Assembly (NCBI GenBank): GCA_949297805.1
Contig: CASFTG010000002.1
Coordinates: 15,871-79,870, forward strand
From: an uncultured bacterium
Lineage (GTDB): Bacteria; Bacillota_I; Bacilli_A; RFN20; CAG-826
Direction: 5' to 3'
DNA length: 64,000 bases
The position numbers and the translations under genes were made by a program. The notes beneath the pieces were generated by a model. The model had not been told where the DNA came from, did not search any database, and saw only the letters and a program-made list of their open reading frames with translations. Shown in pieces: positions 62,364 to 64,000 of the stretch. Every line of letters begins with the position of its first letter. The stretch's first letter is position 1.

Positions 62364-62453
62364 TGAAAGCGATTACATTGATTTAAAATTCATTCGATAA
62401 AAAGCCATTTTTATTAAATCAATCTTTGAAAGCCTTTTCAGAAAACGCTTACA
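62364..62453. promoter_or_regulatory. Cluster of cre-like (CcpA/LacI) operators
   Basis: TGAAAGCGATTACA (62364), TGAAAGCCTTTTCA (62427), AGAAAACGCTTACA (62440). Confidence 0.65.
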
Positions 62454-62534
62454 TTTTTAGCAATTATCCAAATGCCTCTTATAGTTTCGGTGCTTGGAAA
62501 AAACCAAGCATTAACAAACAGGAGGATACGACAT

Positions 62535-62684
62535 ATGAATCAGTATGTTGATTACACCTACGGTCTGAGCGAAGACGAAAAAGATCTCGCGAAAGTCGAT
62601 GAGTGCAAGATGTACGCCAATGCCGTCGCCGCCCTTTGCGCCAGCTATTCGTATGGGCGGTATGGCTTCTTCGCCACCTTATAA
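62535..62684 (+). CDS. 49-aa small protein of unknown function
   Basis: Strong SD AGGAGG, upstream TATAGT, own terminator. Confidence 0.7.
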   Translation: MNQYVDYTYGLSEDEKDLAKVDECKMYANAVAALCASYSYGRYGFFATL

Positions 62685-62704
62685 TCGATAACGACCGGAA
62701 GACT

Positions 62705-62730
62705 GAGGCCCCTAACCGGGCCTCTTTTTT
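62705..62730 (+). terminator. Intrinsic terminator after the small ORF
   Basis: GAGGCCC-CTAACC-GGGCCTC-TTTTTT. Confidence 0.85.
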
Positions 62731-63037
62731 ATCGCTCTAGGTTAATGAGATTAACGAACTGGATCTTCTTTCCGCCGATAAGCAGGTAATGCCAAACTGG
62801 ATCGATCTTATCGATATGGCCGCTTAAATCGAAAAGATACCCATCCTCATAATAACGGGCCTTAACCTCCTCCCCACCATAGGTGGTGAGGATCTCGTTG
62901 ATGTCGTTAGCCCTTTCTGATGATATCCGGGGCCTTTCGATCTTATTCTTCTCATAACGCATCCGACGGAGAAAAGTCCCTTGCTCCACCAGCGACTGAT
63001 AGGGCATCCATTTCATCATCCCTCGATCGGCGTTCAT
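62729..63037 (-). CDS. YolD-like protein
   Basis: DRGMMKW.PY.SL, RP.IS, YY.DG....G.I.KID; follows the Y-family polymerase. Confidence 0.85.
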   Translation of the reverse strand: MNADRGMMKWMPYQSLVEQGTFLRRMRYEKNKIERPRISSERANDINEILTTYGGEEVKARYYEDGYLFDLSGHIDKIDPVWHYLLIGGKKIQFVNLINLER

Positions 63038-64000
63038 GCGTTATGGCCTCCGATTTGCTTGTGTCTAGTCAAAACGGTCGAATCCTTAGTGAGGGAGGAA
63101 GCCCGGAGGCAAGCGTCTTTCCCAAAAACCGATTTGATAGTATCCAAGGCATGGTTAAGCTGTTCCCGTTTGGCCGCTTCCTCTGAGGAAAGGAAAATAC
63201 TTTCCTGCCGGTATTCGTAATGGCCGAGCTTAGCGAAGGTCACGCCTAAATGGCGGATCGCTCTATCCTCAATGAAACGGTCAAATACCCCCATCACTTC
63301 TTTGTATAAAGTATCGTTGTCGTCGGTCGCGTAATCAAAGCTCGCTTGGCGGGAGAATCCCCCTTCATTGGCATAGCCGACGAAGACCCCGACCCGCCTG
63401 GCCTTATAGCCAGCCATCCGGAGCCGGAGGCAAAGGTCATCAACCATTTCCCTTAAGACCAGTCTTGCCCCTTTAATGTCATAATCCCGCATCAAGGTCT
63501 GGCCGATGCTGAGGTTTCTTTCCTTAGGGACGTATTTCTCTCTTATATCGGTCCGATCGATGCCATTGGCCAAGTCAAAGAGTTGAGAGCCCAAAACCCC
63601 AAACTCCCTTTTCAATAGATAGGGATCGGCTTGGGATAGTTCCTCAAGGTTTCGAATACCCAAACGGTCCAAGTGGGAACCGATGCCATTCGATATCCCC
63701 CAAATCTTGGTGATGGGCTTGATGGACCAAAGCTTGGTCTTGACGTCTTCATACCCCCACCGCGCCCGATAAGGCAGTTTCTTCTTGCCTTCGTTATCCA
63801 AACATATTTTGGCCAAAAACATATTCGGACCCATCCCGGCGGTGGCAACTAATCCGAGTTCGTCTTTAATCTTCTTCTGAATCAAGGCGCAGAGTTCCTC
63901 AGGGGTTAGGTTATATAAGGATAAATAAGGGGTCAGATAGAGGAAGGATTCGTCGACCGAATAGACATGGACATCCTCCTCATCAAGGAAATCCAAGAAT
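63034..64000 (-). CDS. Y-family DNA polymerase (UmuC/YqjW-like); 5' end beyond window
   Basis: YSVDESFL, G.GPN.FLAK..LD, WGI, QTL.RDY, IGGH end. Confidence 0.92.
   Translation of the reverse strand, partial: FLDFLDEEDVHVYSVDESFLYLTPYLSLYNLTPEELCALIQKKIKDELGLVATAGMGPNMFLAKICLDNEGKKKLPYRARWGYEDVKTKLWSIKPITKIWGISNGIGSHLDRLGIRNLEELSQADPYLLKREFGVLGSQLFDLANGIDRTDIREKYVPKERNLSIGQTLMRDYDIKGARLVLREMVDDLCLRLRMAGYKARRVGVFVGYANEGGFSRQASFDYATDDNDTLYKEVMGVFDRFIEDRAIRHLGVTFAKLGHYEYRQESIFLSSEEAAKREQLNHALDTIKSVFGKDACLRASSLTKDSTVLTRHKQIGGHNA

Noticed and set aside
62729..64000. Prophage/ICE boundary suggested by the Y-family polymerase-YolD pair
   Set aside because: No integrase, att site, or phage or conjugation genes in the window; the pair also occurs on chromosomes

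Overview
Chromosomal window of a moderately GC-rich Bacillota genome using genetic code 11. The L3 loop, absence of L30 and lipoprotein-rich ABC locus suggest an RFN20/Erysipelotrichales/Mollicutes-related gut Bacilli lineage (inference). 1-13.5 kb: S10-spc-alpha ribosomal superoperon (minus strand) with an S10 leader RNA, no rpmD, long AKE-rich extensions on many r-proteins, and an infA frameshifted by a 43-bp tandem duplication. 13.6-20 kb: an AT-rich HTH-MNT/HepT toxin-antitoxin cassette (toxin has an in-frame TGA), a queT-tgt-queA-queH queuosine salvage cluster with a putative preQ1-I riboswitch, and an AAA+/DUF4143-type gene; three arrays with exact 32-bp periodicity flank these accessory genes. 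22.3-39 kb: a 16.6-kb co-directional cluster (2 RDD-like proteins, a membrane protein, an ABC importer whose ATPase has a ~275-aa insert, 2 binding lipoproteins, a thermonuclease lipoprotein, a Zn-ribbon membrane protein and an Ig/OB-fold repeat lipoprotein) that looks like an extracellular nucleic-acid capture, digestion and import system. 39-64 kb: a truncated IS, a Phd/YefM-NAD synthetase fusion, a phosphatase-Nudix fusion, class III RNR fused to a glutaredoxin-like domain beside trxB/nrdG, a 49-aa ORF behind cre-like sites, and a Y-family polymerase/YolD pair. Many first genes appear leaderless. All family calls come from motif recognition by eye, not database searches.
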